The position numbers and the translations under genes are program-made. Below are positions 47,993 through 62,853 of a stretch of 64,000 nucleotides of DNA, one piece after another. The notes under the pieces were generated by a model. The model saw only the letters and a program-made list of their open reading frames with translations, had not been told where the DNA came from and ran no database searches. The stretch covers positions 29,514,001 to 29,578,000 of the forward strand of contig NW_024704743.1 in the NCBI RefSeq assembly GCF_018977255.1, written 5' to 3'. Numbering within the stretch: position 1 is the first letter of the stretch; each line of letters opens with the position of its first letter. This DNA comes from Callorhinchus milii. Lineage: Eukaryota.

Positions 47993-50900
47993 TAAAGCAG
48001 GGATATAAAAAAGGTGTATTGAAAAGTGAAATAACTAACCATATGTTATATGCGGAATAGGTACATACAAATTACATTGATAGAAATGTCCTTATAAATA
48101 GAGTCCAAAACAACAAGACAATTTTTAAAATATAAATATTTAATTTTAATTATTCCCCCCCCACCATTCATTTTCCTCATCTCTACCCACTCCCCGCCCC
48201 CCGGCTTCTGAGTGGCCATATCCTATATGTGAGTTTGGACAGTACATGTTGGCAGGTTGTTTAGGTGCAGAGTCATGGGGGTTTGGGGGAAGTGCAGGAA
48301 TCACAGCCAAGTTTATTCAGCAACCTACTAAAATTTATGAGGACCCATTGTTCTCTCCTTAACACACTGGGTCGTGAAATTAATCATAGTCTAACTATGA
48401 CCAGGACAAGATCAACTGACCCAGCACAGACAGGAGAAAAATTCAATCTGGGTATAGACACACACCCAATTTCTTAGCATTTTCGATCGATCTTCATTGC
48501 ATTTTTTCTGGACAAAAACTAGAAGATTTTTTTCTCACTCCGAGTAGAAAAATAAAATGCTATTTTAACCCCTCCTCTTTATGTCTGCAATGACAAAAAT
48601 GGGTTTCAGAAAACTGAGAGATATTTGCCCTTTTTAACACAGGAAGCGTAAGCTTTATTTCCTCCTCTTTGATTTAAAAATGTTATTCTTTCCCCTTCAT
48701 TCTTAGTTTCCTCATGCTGTGTATGACTTCTGACTATACCCATGGCCTGTTTCCAGTGCTGTACCATTTCTGTTCTATTACTGACCACTGGAAGATGAGT
48801 GGGAGAGAGTGAGAGTTCTGGAATGATAATCCTTTTGATTTTCCCCTCCCACTCTGGGGAGAATGACTCTCCTCTGCTTGGTGTATCACCATGGGATTTT
48901 CTACCATAAAGATGTAAAGGAAAGACCACTATTTTTAGCACTTAGTATATGATATACACCATTGTTAAGGTTCCAGTTACAGATGCAGCCATTTCCTGAC
49001 ACTCATCCATGGGAGCAGGAAACTGCGGTGGGATGCTCAAAATTGTTTTGTGGATTTTGAGGATCGTTTTAATCCTGTGGGCATATGGTAATTTTCCATT
49101 TCAACTGAAGACATCCAAAGTTCGCCAATTTCAGATCCTTTTAAATAGACCTGAATTGACTAAATTTGAACGCTGACAGGTCTAAGTTTGATTCAGCACC
49201 CGACCCTGGTAGGTGGTTCTCTCTGAAAACAATTATCAGGCTTATTTTTCCACAGGGCTGTATGCAATAAAATAGCAGATTGATAAACAGGTCAAACTCA
49301 TTTACACCCAATGAAAATAGTTCTCATTGAGAATAACAAAACAAAATTAGAAAAAGAACATTTTACAATCATTTATTTTTTCTCAAAGTATTAATAGATG
49401 GGTGTGAGCCACACTTCTTATTTTAATGCTTGTGCTGAACTACAGTCCAAATTGACCTGCCAAGCTAGCACTCCAGCTATGCCAATAAATGTTCCCAAGA
49501 AAATAGTATGACATTCAAGACAAAAAGATATCTTTGCACTGTGGTGGTTGCTGCCAAACAGTGCTAATGTTACAGTGAAACCACAACTAATATTTTTTGG
49601 ATAAAACCCTAAATGTAAAGCAATTTAGTTTTCTTTTATAAAAAGGATTAAAAAAATGTTCCCCATATTTTATTCACTATTTTTCTCCTTCACTGGACTC
49701 CCATGTCGTGCACCAGAAAGAAAGGAAGAAAGACGATTCGTATTACTAGGCATCTGCCAATGCCATTCTGCATCTGGTAGCATGGAAATTTAGGGAGAGA
49801 GGGGTTTCTTCGTTGGTGTCCCTAAACTATTCCTCAGACTTAAAGAATCTGATTTTATAAGTTACATAGCAAATTTGTTCCAAACCTAATATAATCACTT
49901 GGGATTTCAGAAGACTTTTGGTAAAATTCTTCACGTGAGCGTTTTAAGATCTAAACTGAAGGAATTGACAATTTATCTGGTTGGATTGGAAACTGTAAAG
50001 CGATGTTAGATATAAACAAAAGTTCTGTCGTGGGCAAGGTAAGAATTATAATGATAACAATCCGCCAAATAAAATAGGCCACACTCTCCATGGCTGTTTG
50101 TGGGACACTGCTATGTGCAAGTTGGCTGCCGCGTTTTGCCCAACAAAATAGTCTTTATTTACTGTAAAGAGCTTTGAAACGTATAGATCATTATTCTTAT
50201 GATCAATTTTATCCAGAGGATTATTGACCAGGACAAAGGGAGAAACTGCCTTCTCAATTTGAATAGTACTATAGGATCCAACCAGAGTTGTTCAAAATCC
50301 TTTGTTCCTCACACAATGCAAAGTAATTTATTTTTAACCCTTATTGTAACATAAAATTTGCTGCCGATACTAAGTTCATTACCAAGTGAATAACATGAAG
50401 AGGATGAATAGTATTCAGGAGACTGGACCAATTAAGCAGATAGCTAACATGTAGCAGACATGTTAAGGAATATCCCAAAAGTTATCTCATTGCGTGCAGT
50501 GTTCGAAATCTATATTGATCAGAGACAAGGAGAATGTTGTCCTTGATGGGAAGCAGCCCAGGGTAGAATAGTAGAAATGTGGAGGAGTAATGTACATAGC
50601 TATCTTTGAGGATCGGAAAATCTCTTTGTGGAGCTTTCCTTAAAGAGGTAGAGTGGTTATATAGTTGGATAAGTTTTGTATGATCTGCGAAAGGAGTGGT
50701 TTTGATGAGCTGAATAGTCTCTCCTTGTATTCAGTTTTGCTATGTTCTTAAAATGTAACACAGTCATGTATGGGAATGAAGAGATGCAAAAGATACAGTG
50801 TAAAGCGATAAAGAATCCCATTCCCAATATTTCAATATATACACACAATAATAAGCCTATAAAGTCCCTTTAGTGTCTCTAAATGTCTCTACTACATTCT

Positions 50901-52799
50901 GCTAAAACAGTATTTTGTAGTTTAGCTACATCTAGTGTCAGAAAATGAGTACTTATGAACTTTGTTCCAGTAATCACCAGTGAGACATTATTTGAGATCA
51001 AATTCCAATCATTGCCAGATTTTTTTGTGGTGGCAAATTGAAACTGATGTTTTAAGTTCTTTGTTTAATAGTTCTACATATATGTTCTCTGCACTTCCAT
51101 ATAGGTTGGGAATTTGTCAATTTTACAACATTTAAACAAAACCATTTGCGTTGTTAAATTCGCTCTGTTGGGAATTGGTTACACCCTCTGGCAGTAAGCT
51201 TTCCTTTTTGTGCTGCAACAGTGATTTCAATTGAACAGGCCAGTAGCGATGTAGCAGATAAAACACAGAGGCCAGCTCTGGGAGCAGGATTCGTGTTATT
51301 ATGAAAGAGGGGGGGGGCATAGGGAATTGTAGTTCTTGTGTTTCGACATGAGGAGAGCAGCTGGTGAAAAGAACTACGATCAAGTGCCACACGTTCTCTT
51401 GTGTCTAAAGCTGTAGGCTTACCCATGGCTCATATCTGTCAGGAAGTGAAAACCAGACAGTAAATTTAAGTCTAGTTAGACGTTTTCGGACTGCAACAAT
51501 TTTAAAAATTTAGGCACGATTACATATTTTTTGAGTCACCACATATCGCTTCTCCCACCCCCACTCCTCATCCCACACCCCCACCCCACCCCCACCCTAC
51601 CCACCACACACAGAAAAAAATAATTTTGTGAAGGTTTTTTAATACCAGGCTTTCCGTTCCCACCCATTCCCCGAAGCAAGATAATATTTTGGCTATATCA
51701 TCTCATTTGTGCTGTTAAAGACTACTTTAGTGGTGAATGCAAGGTAATTTCCCCCTATTTACCACCCAAATAGTGTTGCACGACTTTCTGGTTTTGGACC
51801 TTAATTTACTGCCCCAGTAAGTTAATCCTTCGATTATTGCCATCTCCAGGGAATTGCAGCCTCAGTTTCTCTATAAAACTTTTCAGTTTATACACCAGGG
51901 AGTCTGCAACAAAGCCTAACATTGCAGTTGTAAAACTACTCAGATGTCAGCATGAATTGTATTACTGTAATATTAACCATCTTCGACTAAAACATACTAT
52001 TTGTTTTGCTTCTTCAGTTTACTTCTCTCTTGTCCTGAAGGCATTAATTCACTCTGGGGCAGACATGTACTTACCCCCATGGGTAAAACATGCTGAGCTT
52101 TCTTTTTTTAAAGCCAGATAGGGCAAGTCCAGTTTCAAGAACAAGATGGAGTTGTGTTTAAAAAAAAATGTTCTGCCCCACAGCCATGCGTCGGAGAGTT
52201 TAAAATGATGAGAACTGAACTTGTCAATTCAATACAAATTCCTTACAACAATTTTACTGGCAGGTTCTTGGTCCCACTCAGGCTCCTCCAACCAATCTTC
52301 ATTCGGACCTTACAAGCCTACATGAAGACATTCTCTCCCCCAGCCCCCTGCGCACACACATACAAACACACACACCCTAACCTACTGTTTATGGGGACAA
52401 CCAAGTGGGAGGATTCAATGAAAAAGGGTACACCATTGTGCTGGGGTATAGTTCACAGTCAATTTAGTTTCCTTCAAGTGCCCATTTTCACATGCAAAGC
52501 CTTAAAATTATCGGGAAACAGTTTCCTACACCTATTTTTAAGAACAGTGGAAAATTTGCTTCTAAGCACAATTTTAGAATTTTCCAAAATTCTGCAAAGT
52601 CTTAAACTTTATGAATTACAATGGTAATGGTCTTAAGCTAAAATCATCAGCAATTTTGGGCCTCTGGCGCCACATAGACACTAAGGCGACTCTGAGAGGT
52701 CACCTTGTCTGATAGGGTTAAAGGAATTTGTGTGGGTGTGGCCCACATTTAGAGAATGCATTACTAAATGGAACTCTCTGACCCTATTAGAATACATCA

Positions 52800-53390
52800 G
52801 AATATACAGCACAGAAACGGGCCGTTCGGCCCAACTGGTCTGTGCCGGTGTTTATGCTCCACATGAGCCTCCTCCTGGCCTTCCTCAACTAAGCCTTCAA
52901 GCATAACCTTCTATTCCTTTCTCCCTCGTGCACCTATCTAGCTTTCCCTTAAATACATCTATGCTATTTGCCTCAACTACTCCTTGTGGTAGCATGTTCC
53001 ACATTCCCACTGCTCTCTGTGTGAAGAAATTTCTTTTAACTTCCCCATTTGATCTATTTATGACTATTTTATATGGATGGCCCCTGGTTTTGGTCTCCCC
53101 CACAAGTGGAAACATCTTCCCTATGTCCACACTATCAAAACCTTTCATCATTTTAAAGACCTCTATCAGGTCACCCCTTACCTTCCTCTTTTCAAGAGAA
53201 AAGAGCCCAAGTATGTTCAGTCTTTCCTCATAGGTATAACCTCTGAGTTCTGGGATCATCCTTGTGAATCTCCTTTGCACCCTCTCCAGTGCCTCCACAT
53301 CCCTTCTATAATGTGGGGACCAAAACTGCACACAGTATTCTGTGTGGTCTAACTAAGGTTCTATAGAAGTTTACCATAACTTCCTTGCTT
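52800..53390 (-). mobile_element. CR1 LINE 3' end (well preserved)
   Basis: ORF 52897-53331 'QFWSPHYRRDVEALERVQRRFTRMIP..RGDLIEVFK..FFTQRAVGMWNMLP'. Confidence 0.95.
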
Positions 53391-54009
53391 TATTGATGGT
53401 CCTTTACACGCTGTTGTTCAAAGTTGCACTTCACTAAACCAACAGTGCTGACTGGTGCATTTAACTTTCTGATTTGCAGACTCTTTCTGCAAATCTCCTT
53501 TTTGAGGAGCCATATATAATAATAATAATCCTTATATCTGGTTTTGCACCTTAACACATCATCAAGACATCTCAAAGTGCTTCACAGGATACATCACATG
53601 TAAAGTATATCATACCACATGGCGTTTATCAGCCAAAGTTTTTTTTTCTGGTTGCAAAATTTCTTCTCTACTTCACTCCAAGTGCTGACTCTTGCTCCAA
53701 GCCATTTCTGGCTATTTCAGGCGTCTCCAAAGTGCAGGATCGCAATCTCTTACACAACACTTCAGCTATGCAGACTCTCAATCAGCCAAGAGACTCCCTT
53801 CTCTGATGTTAGGGTCAATGGATTAACATCACTGGGCCTTGCAACTAGTCTCCTGTACGGGATGAAAAAGAATTTTATCCCACTTAAGTGCCTGCAACCT
53901 GTATTTGACATCTGGCAGGAATTAAACCTTGCCTCACAGCGGAGTCGGTAAATGCATGCTCACTGTACAGTCAACTAGCTCTCCACTACCAGACTTTTAT
54001 GTACAGTAC

Positions 54010-54940
54010 AGATTTATATTTATGTAGTGTCTTTCACATTGGGAGGATGTCCCAAGGTGCTCGACAATCTAAGCTGGGGGTGGGAGACGGGAAATATTAC
54101 CAAAAGCATGTTCAAAGGGGAAGGCCTTGAGATGGACCTTGAAGGAGATGAGGTAGGGAACACGTCGGAGGGATTCTAGGATAGAATTCCAGAGAGTGGG
54201 GGCAGAGAGATTGAAAGTCCAACCACTGATGGTAGGAGGGAGGCCGTGGGACATTGAACAGCCGAGTGAAGAGAGTGGGCAGGTTGGTATGGTTTGAGGA
54301 GGTTGCATTTATTACATCCAGGGTAATAATCTCGGTCGCCGAGGCTCTCATCCATGCTTTAATCACATCTAGGCTCGATTACGTCAATTACCTGCTTTTC
54401 AGTCTTCCCGACTCTACCCTCCGCAAGCTGAAATATCGTCCAGAACTCTGCAGCTTGTGTCCTCTCCTGCACCAGGCTCTGTGACCCCATCACCACCACC
54501 CTCGCCTGGCTCCACTGGTTCCCCATTCTCCAGAGGATAGAGTTCAAAATCCTGTCCTTACCTTCAAACCTCTCCACAGCAAGGCGCATCTCAAAACCCT
54601 CCTCTTCGACCACGCCTTCGGCCAACCTCCTGCCCCTGCCTACCCTGCCCTACAACCTCAGCTTGGGTCCAAATCCCTGACTGTCCAGCACCTTGAGACA
54701 TCCTTCCAACTTGAAAGGCGCTATACAAATGTAATTTGTTGTTGTTGTTGCAAAGATAGAGTGGTATCCCAGCAGGCAGAGCACTGGTGTGGTCAAGCTT
54801 GAATGTAATAAGTGAATGGATCATGGATTGGGTGGGGGGGGTTCTTGGCAGCCTGAGGCAAGAGGTACTGGCGGAGATAGGCAATATTACAGAGGTGGAG
54901 GAAAGCTGAGCTGGTCAGAGCCTGAATGTGGGGTTTAAAG
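54010..54940. mobile_element. Cluster of L2 fragments in alternating orientation
   Basis: Minus 54010-54285, plus 54335-54750 ('AEALIHALITSRLDY..', (ttg)n tail), minus ~54770-54940. Confidence 0.8.
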
Positions 54941-56842
54941 AACAATGGAGTTACCAGATATTACTTATGTTACGAGAACGCTCAGGATCACAAAGCCTAA
55001 AATTCCCGAGACCTGTGCTTTAAGCTGAGTGTACAACTGCTCCTTTTAAAAGGGAAGCACAATAAAACTCCTTCACTCCTGTAAGGGTTCAATCACATTC
55101 TGGAAAGAGACGCTTACTCTGCTTGGGACAGCCATGTAGGAACTGCTAACTTGAGCCATTCTACCTTGACTACACTTTTGGTCAGCTTTCTGTTCCCCAC
55201 TCCCCCCAGCTCCCACCCCAAGCTCAGGTGCCCATCCTGTGGCCTCTTGAATAGTGGGATGCAAATTGTGTGAGAATGCTACCTCAGCAGATAACTTGAT
55301 GTGCGTCAAACCTATTCATGGGAATTCTGCTATGAGACAATCTCCCTCTGAGAACTCATTAGAGCAGAGATCCCATGGGTTGGTATGAAGTACCTGCATT
55401 TACCTATAGGTATTGCTATGTGCAAATCCTGGCAGCAAATATAGTATTCATCCTTCTGCTCATTATCCTTTGCCTGTGTTTATTTTCCTATTGATGCAAA
55501 TCACAAGATTGATTCAAATGGAAAAGACTCTTCAGCCTATTTGATCTCATCCTTCCAGAACAGCCACCACTACCGTTTTCCCATTACAGCATCAAGCTGT
55601 TTGCCACATCCTGTTTTGAAAAAAATAGTTAGATGAATATTTGTCCGAGAACAAATTACGAATATGAAAAGCACAAAAGCACACACGCACACTACGGTGA
55701 AACTGTTCCAGTTCCTACTGTGCATGTCTGCAGAGTTGCAATGCATGGCGGGATTTAACTTTGCTCAGCCTTCCATTTGCGTCTGTGAAGCGAGCATATT
55801 CCCACGCTGCATTATGCCACTGAGCATGCTCTCCAGATTAGTGAGATACTCTTATACATATGGGAAAATCTTTTGTGATAAATCATAACACAGCACAGTT
55901 TCCCATAATTGGTCAGGAAATTATAAAAAGGACCTTTTATATTTCAGAGAGTTATGACTCACTTTAAAAAAAACTTGAGTCCCGCAGTAGCCACTGGACA
56001 GCCTCTGAGAAGGACCTCCAGTGATTTCAGCTTGAAGCTCTGAAATTTTACAGTCTTTTTACATGACATGTGTTCAGTATTCCACTTGGGAATTGAGGAT
56101 ATGATCAGTGAAGAGTTCCAACTTTTTTTTCCACAAATGGGTAAATAACTGAAAACCACCGTAAATGCTGCAAGGATTTGGCATAGAGTGAAAGAGAATT
56201 ATAGATATGATTTGTTTCTCCTCTTCTCATTCAGCTTTGCTTAACACTCTGATCTTTAAGACTTTCTTATGAAAAGTAAACTTGGACTTGACCCAATAGC
56301 AGTAAAGCACTGAACTCCCAATCACATTATCATAGGTTCGAAGGGAGCAGAAACCTCTGTCTGAACTCATCTCGGCTCAATGGATGATCTTTGGCAGCTC
56401 CCATCTGTGACTAGACTGTAAGAGGCTTCGATGCTTTCTGACTTCAGATTCCGATCTAGAGAACGTAGGTCCCATGTGTTCAAACATACTCTGACAAAGT
56501 GTTATATTGAAAGGGACAGCTTCCATTGAAATACCACAGATATGGGTCCACGCCTCCTACTGCACTGCCAGGGATTGAGACCCACACCCTCTCCTAAATC
56601 ACAAAGCACTTAACCACATGCACACCATACTACATGAAAAGCAATTTATCTCCTTCACCAAACCACTAGGGAGCTGGAATCAAACTCCTTACTAATGTGC
56701 CTGGGAAAGCAAAGAAAGCCACAGAACATTTATGATGAACAGAAAAACGCCCTTCACGCAACAAAAAATTAAACAGAGGAATAGAAACCAGCTAGTAACC
56801 TCATTGTGCTTCAACATTCACTCCAGTGGTGCAACACTATTT

Positions 56843-57930
56843 AACCTGGCTCAGTTAGTAATATTCACACCTCTGAGTCAGAAGGTTGTGGGCTCAGGTC
56901 CCATATCTCCACAAGGGTTCACATTGCCCTTTACTTTAAAAAATGATGGTGATTAGCATGAACAAAGGAATTTTTTCCTAGATAATTACCTTCGGCTGGA
57001 TTTTGAGTTCATAATTTACACTGACACTCCAGGGGGAAGTGTTGCATTGTTAGAAGTGCCATTCTTTGGATGAGACATTAAAACAAGGTCCCTGTTCAAG
57101 AGGATGTTAAAAATCCTATGTATTATTTGAAAAGGGGAGGGAGTTTCTCCTGGTGTTCTGGCCAACAATTCTCCAGATAAAATTGGTCATTCACGTCAAG
57201 GCTGTTTGTGGGACATTGCTGCATGCAAATTGGCTGCCATGTTTGCTGACACAAATAGGCAGTGCCTTCACTCTAGAGTCAATCCTATGAAATGCTTTGA
57301 GATGAAGAGATGATAAGGCACCATATCAAATGCGAGGAATATTATTAACTAACAAAATTTACATATTTTATGGGCAGAAAATAATTAGCTAGCAAACTGC
57401 TTCTTTGTTCAAACTGATCACAATTATTTTTTAAAGCAAAGAGGGACATGAACCCCAGTATATTTGAGTTGGTTAAACAATTCCATTAGATCTGAATCAG
57501 CCTGATTTGGATCATTTTGGCTTTGGTGTTCATCCTGTCTGCACAATTCCCATGGCATCATTCAAAAAGGAGTTTCTCCCAGGGTCCGGGCCAACAATCC
57601 CCCAAATAAAATTGGTCATTCACTTCATGGCTGTTTGTGGACATTGCCATGTGCAAATTGCCTGCTGGTTTTGCCCACAAATACACAGCACTTCACTTCA
57701 CAGTAATATCCTGTGAAACCTTTGGGACATCCCCCGGAGATGAAAGATACTATACTAAATGCAAGGATTATTATTAATAAATAAAACGGATCATTTGCTT
57801 CATGGCTGTTTGTGAAACATTGCTGCCACAAATTAGCTGTTGCATTTACCTAGACAATGTATAGTTACTGCACTTCCCAATAAATCTTGTGAAGCACATT
57901 GAGACCTCCTACGTGAAAGGTTCAAAATTA
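56843..57930 (+). mobile_element. Head-to-tail run of Deu-domain SINE (family A) copies
   Basis: One near-complete copy (56843-57345) followed by 3' halves at ~57545-57775 and ~57790-57930. Confidence 0.78.
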
Positions 57931-58276
57931 TTATTTAATATTATCTCCATAAAGCTATAGGGAATATTGTTGGGATAATCTCTCCGAGCAGAAAATCTGA
58001 GCTTCAAGCCACTGATTATTTTTTTGAACAACATCCATAACAGTGAAAGTAAAAGACTTGAATTGAAAAATAATGGAATTATCAAATTAAAGGTTATTGG
58101 GTCATCAGTCAATTACTGGTGCAGTAGATCTTACGTTTATTCAGTCTTCAGATTCATTATTTTAATATGAAATTTTGAATTTGAAGCCAGGGAACCAAAT
58201 GGTAAAGAATAATGACATGAGGAAGAGTGCCTTTTGAGTGTTGTGAAAATGAATGCTGCAGGTATAAACTTTGTGA

Positions 58277-58293
58277 AGGTCACTGGGAGGTCA
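58277..58293 (+). promoter_or_regulatory. Perfect DR5 retinoic-acid response element (AGGTCA-ctggg-AGGTCA)
   Basis: Exact consensus half-sites with a 5-bp spacer, in non-repetitive DNA. Motif match only. Confidence 0.5.
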
Positions 58294-59099
58294 TGGCTAC
58301 AACTACACAAAATATTGAATTGCCTCAGGGAAATGTCTACACAATCACTCAAGCCACAGCTGAAAAAAAATGTTTTATTAATGTGAATGTTACTTGTACC
58401 AGGCAACTAGCAACTTTTTGTTAGGACTCAGTTTACCTAACTTTGCACTTGCATTCACCTCATTTATTCAAATCAAAGATAATGAAAGACATGTCTTTGA
58501 TGTAATTGGTGTCATGTAGTGATCTACCATATGAATGGTTGAAGTCCGAAGTAATGTTATGATTTCCATGATACTGTACAAGATTTTCCGTAAAATATGG
58601 CGTTTTACCTTTGCCATTATACACAGACCCCTCAATGTAGTCCAACAGAATGGAGAGATCTTTTCTTATGCGTGAATCTATTTGTGTATTTTCTGAATGC
58701 TTGGAAGGCTGTGCTCACTTTGCAAGCGTTCCTCCTGTGCTAGCGTTCCTCCTATGAGCTGGCATAAGTTTCCAAGCAGCTCCGAGATGGGTGCATCAGC
58801 TGAGACCAGCATCATGCCTTGCCGGCCGATACATTTATCCTTAAAACCACAGCCTTAAAAGTTAAGATCATGCAGAAGTTTTGAAAATTCTTCAATTCAG
58901 GCAGTTTTTCAGAGTTCTCTTTATGAAAACCAGTTTCTAAATTCAGACCAAATTAAAGAATTTTCCAAAATTCTGTACAATATTAAATTTGTAATTCAAC
59001 GACTTTATCACGAAGACCTTAAGAATTCTGGGCCTCATATATAACAAGCATATGGTCAGTAGGCACCCAACACAATGAAATTAGTGTACAAAATTATAA

Positions 59100-59450
59100 T
59101 AATTATAATAATCCTTGCATATATCACCTTTCACATCAGAGCGATATCTCAAAGTGCTTCATAGCATTTTACTGTAAAGTGCAGGGACTGTTTATTTTGT
59201 AGGTGAACATGATGAATTTTGGACACAGCAATGTCCCACAAACAGCCATTAAGTGAGTGACCAATTTTATCTGGGGGATTGTTGACCAGGACACGAGGAG
59301 AAACTTCCTTCTGTTTTTGAATAGTGCTCATGGGATCTGAACAAGCGGGACTTTGGTCTTGTGTCTCAACCAAAGGACGATACCTCCAACAATGCAGCAC
59401 ACTTCAGTAATGTGCTGGAGTATCACCCTTGGTTGTGAGTTTAAAACCCT
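59100..59450 (-). mobile_element. Deu-domain SINE (family A)
   Basis: Reverse-complement tail, Deu body and ctccaacaatgcagcac. Confidence 0.8.
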
Positions 59451-61401
59451 GACGTAAAGCAATGCTGAACGGGCACAATTCAGAGAGTCAAACTTCAACA
59501 CTGATCACAAAGCTTCAAGAATCTGGCCAGGTCCAGGATTCTTGAAGGTTTGTATTGGACATTAAAGTTCTGGATCCTGGATTGGAGCTTCTCAATGTCC
59601 TTTTAAAGGGTAACAACTTAATGAAATTAATATCCTGTAAAATGGCACCTGAAAGTCTGTTGCAGCTTCAAAACCAGCGGGCCTGCTGAGCAGGAATCTG
59701 AGACGATGGCTCCAACTACTGGATTTTCAGCCTGCCTGTGCGCTACCATTATTCAGAAGTTGGGGGAGAGGTATCTAAAAATCCATTTTAATACCATTCC
59801 TTAAATAAGGAATGGAATGCATTCAGGAATACTGCAACCTTTGAGCCCATTTTGTTTAACTTTAAGGTCTTGCCAGCAAACAGAGAAGCAGAGTGAGAAA
59901 AACATCTGTTCAATCACTCTCGATTGGATTTGACCCTAGGTCCCTGGAAAGGACAGCATACTAAACTATTGCACGACCAACTCTCAGAGCTCATTGCTAT
60001 AATTTCCTATCAATGGGCCCTTATTTCTTTCTGAATCTGAAATTCATAGTAGGGTGAGTACCTTTAAAGAATCAGCTGGTCATTTGCAGTGATGTTGAGC
60101 AAAATCACCCTGGAGTTGGTTAATGCTGATCTCCATCTTGTTACTTGTTTTAAAAATGATTAACATTCACTCAGCAATTTTCTGGCTGGTAAATCTTTCT
60201 TCTTTTGTTGCGAGATACAATTCTTTCTTTTAAGGTTATTCAACTATTTGTTAATGTTTCTCAGCATCCTCCTCCAACAAACTTTAGACACTTCATTTTT
60301 GTACTACACACCCAGAAGCTGCTGAGATTCTACTGCAATGTCTGAGATTGCTTGCGTCTGTTTAGCACTTACTAGATCACTTTATACAGGTCTTCCTCTG
60401 TGCAATGTGGCATTCATTTCTGTAACTCTGGGACTGGGTTTGGATTAACTTTGACATTTACTGCCTGTTTTCTATGGGACACACTTGTTAAAAGGTTAAA
60501 TGGTTCATTTCTGGCTGCTCAAGTGGTAATTTATTTTACCTAATTTATCACTGGATGGTTTAAATTACCGCTGATGGTAAATCACCATGAAGAAAATTGC
60601 TTCTGATACTGCACTAATGGATCAGTGGTAAAGATTTGCTATTTGTGTTAATGTCAGAGGCTAGAAATACAATATAATACGATTTACATTTATGTAAGGC
60701 CTTTCGCATTAGGAGGATGTCTCAAAGCAATTCATAGTGCTGGATGGATACTTGAGCTGGGGGTAGGGAGCCGAGGGGGATGGGGAGGGGAAAGATGAGC
60801 GAAAGCGTGGTCAAAGAGGTATGTTTTGAGATGTCCCTTGAAAGAGGAGATTTGAGGGATTGTGTCCTGGCCAACAATCCCTCAAATAAAATTGGTCATT
60901 CATTTCATGGCTGTTTGTGGGTCAATGCTGTGCACAATTGGCTGCTGTATCTGCCCACAAATACACATACACAGTCACTCCACTTCGCAGTAAATCCAAT
61001 GAAGTGCTTTGGGAGTCCTCCTGATGTGAAAGGCACTATACCAAATGCAAGGATTATAACAACAACAACAACAACTTGCATTTATGTAGTGCCCTAGCAT
61101 CTCAGAGTGCTTCTCATGGCACACTTGTGACTAGAACTTTTTTTGCTCATGGGATTCACAGAAGTTGTATCCACAAATCTGGAAAAGTCTCATCCCCATT
61201 GAATTAACTCCTCTGCCTGATGCATTTTCCAGACTCCCCCATCCTCCGATGCAAATGATAATCTTCTGTGCAAATGCCTTGTGACTGTTCTGACAGCCCA
61301 GCTATACTCCACAAGATCACAAAAGATGTACAGATGAAAACTTTTTTTTGACTCATTTGATTTCATTCTTTCAAAATGCTCTCTTCCCACTACAGTGCAA
61401 A

Positions 61402-61705
61402 CAACAATAACTAGCATTTATACGGCGGCCTTCACATGGGGAAGTGTCTCAGGGCACTTAACAGTACCTGAGCCTAACGCCAAGCTGGGTGGAGGGAGGA
61501 GGTGACCATAAGCAGTCAAAGAGGAAAGTCTTCAGTTGTGATCTAAAAGAGGGGAAGGAGGGGGCAAGGTAGAGGGATTGAGGAGAGTTCCAAAGCTTCG
61601 GGGCATAGTGGCTGAAAGCATGGCTGCCGTTGGTGGATTGGAGGGGACGAGGGATGAGCAGGAGGCCAGAGCCAGCCAAGCGGAGGCAGTGGGCAGTGGA
61701 ATGGG
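61402..61705 (-). mobile_element. L2-clade LINE 3' end
   Basis: 'CLRLAGSGLLLIPR...AFSHYAPKLWNSP..FRSQLKTFLF'. Confidence 0.85.
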
Positions 61706-62853
61706 GAGAAAACAGGAAACTGTAAGGTGATTTCACTGAGGAGCCCAGGATTTTACCAGCCTTTTCCTTATGCCCTTCCAAATTATTAATTTTTAGATAT
61801 CTCTCTAGTTCTTTCTTGAAAGTTAATATGGATCCTATCCAGCAAAACACTCAAATCCTAACAAGTCTGTTTAACAACAATTCTTGTAAACTTCCGCCTT
61901 GCTCCTTGAAATCTTAATGTAATGGCCTCTAGTCACCGACTTAACACTAGTGGAAATAATTTCTCTCTATCAATTCTATCGAACCATTATCATTTTAAAG
62001 TTCTCTCTCAGGTCTCCCCTCAATCTTTTCTGTTCAAAAAAAATAGGCCCAGTTCTTCTAGTCTCTGCTCAAAGGTCAACTCAAATCATTTGAATTTTAC
62101 GTTGAATTACTGGGAAATTTGCAGTATAGTCTCATTCTCATTTCCTTCACATCCCACCGGTTTAATAATGATATTTAAATAATAATAATGTAATTCTTGC
62201 AGTTGATACAGTGTCTTATCGAGTTATTGCAACATCTCAAAGCACTTCACAGGATGTCGTGTAAGGTTCAAAAACATTGTGTTCAAAACTTAAATCGATT
62301 CCATTTAAAGGTCTGTTGGTGGTTGGTCAATTAGACTTCCCTTAAAACATTGAATATTATTTAAGAGATGGCTCTTTACTACTACAATATTAAAAGTTAT
62401 TTGGGGCCTCTTCACTTGTGCTAAACCCAGGCTGAAAATAATATGGAATCAGCAGGCAGTGCAAAACCAGTCTGCCAGCTCGCACCACTTCACTGCAGGC
62501 ATTAATTCACTGCAGGCCTCACAAAATATTCTGTAGAGAATTTCTAGGCTGGGAACTGGTGGAACAGTGTCAGGCACCATTTAGGTACTTTTGACGTAAA
62601 CAGATACACAAAGAATCACTAACTTAAAACTTGATAATAAATTAACCAAGACCATATACATTTTTGAACTTATAGTGAACTTATAGTGATTATCCTGATC
62701 CTTATGTTGCTCTTTCCGTCATATCATATATACACGTTTCCTTATTGTGTCACAGTATGAGTGGGCTAGATGAAGAGACAGGAACAGTAATATGAAGGCT
62801 CCAGGGAAGAAAAACTTCCCCACAGTAGATTCAACCAGGGATTCCCCCAACTA

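Noticed and set aside
50463..50643. ttaaggaa ... ttccttaa ends suggesting a TTAA-targeting MITE
   Set aside because: Only 8 bp of inverted match and no second copy in the window.
58460..58715. ~85-codon open frame on the minus strand (..RIRKDLSILLDYIEGSVYNG..)
   Set aside because: No recognisable family, no ATG start and no convincing splice sites; length is within chance range.
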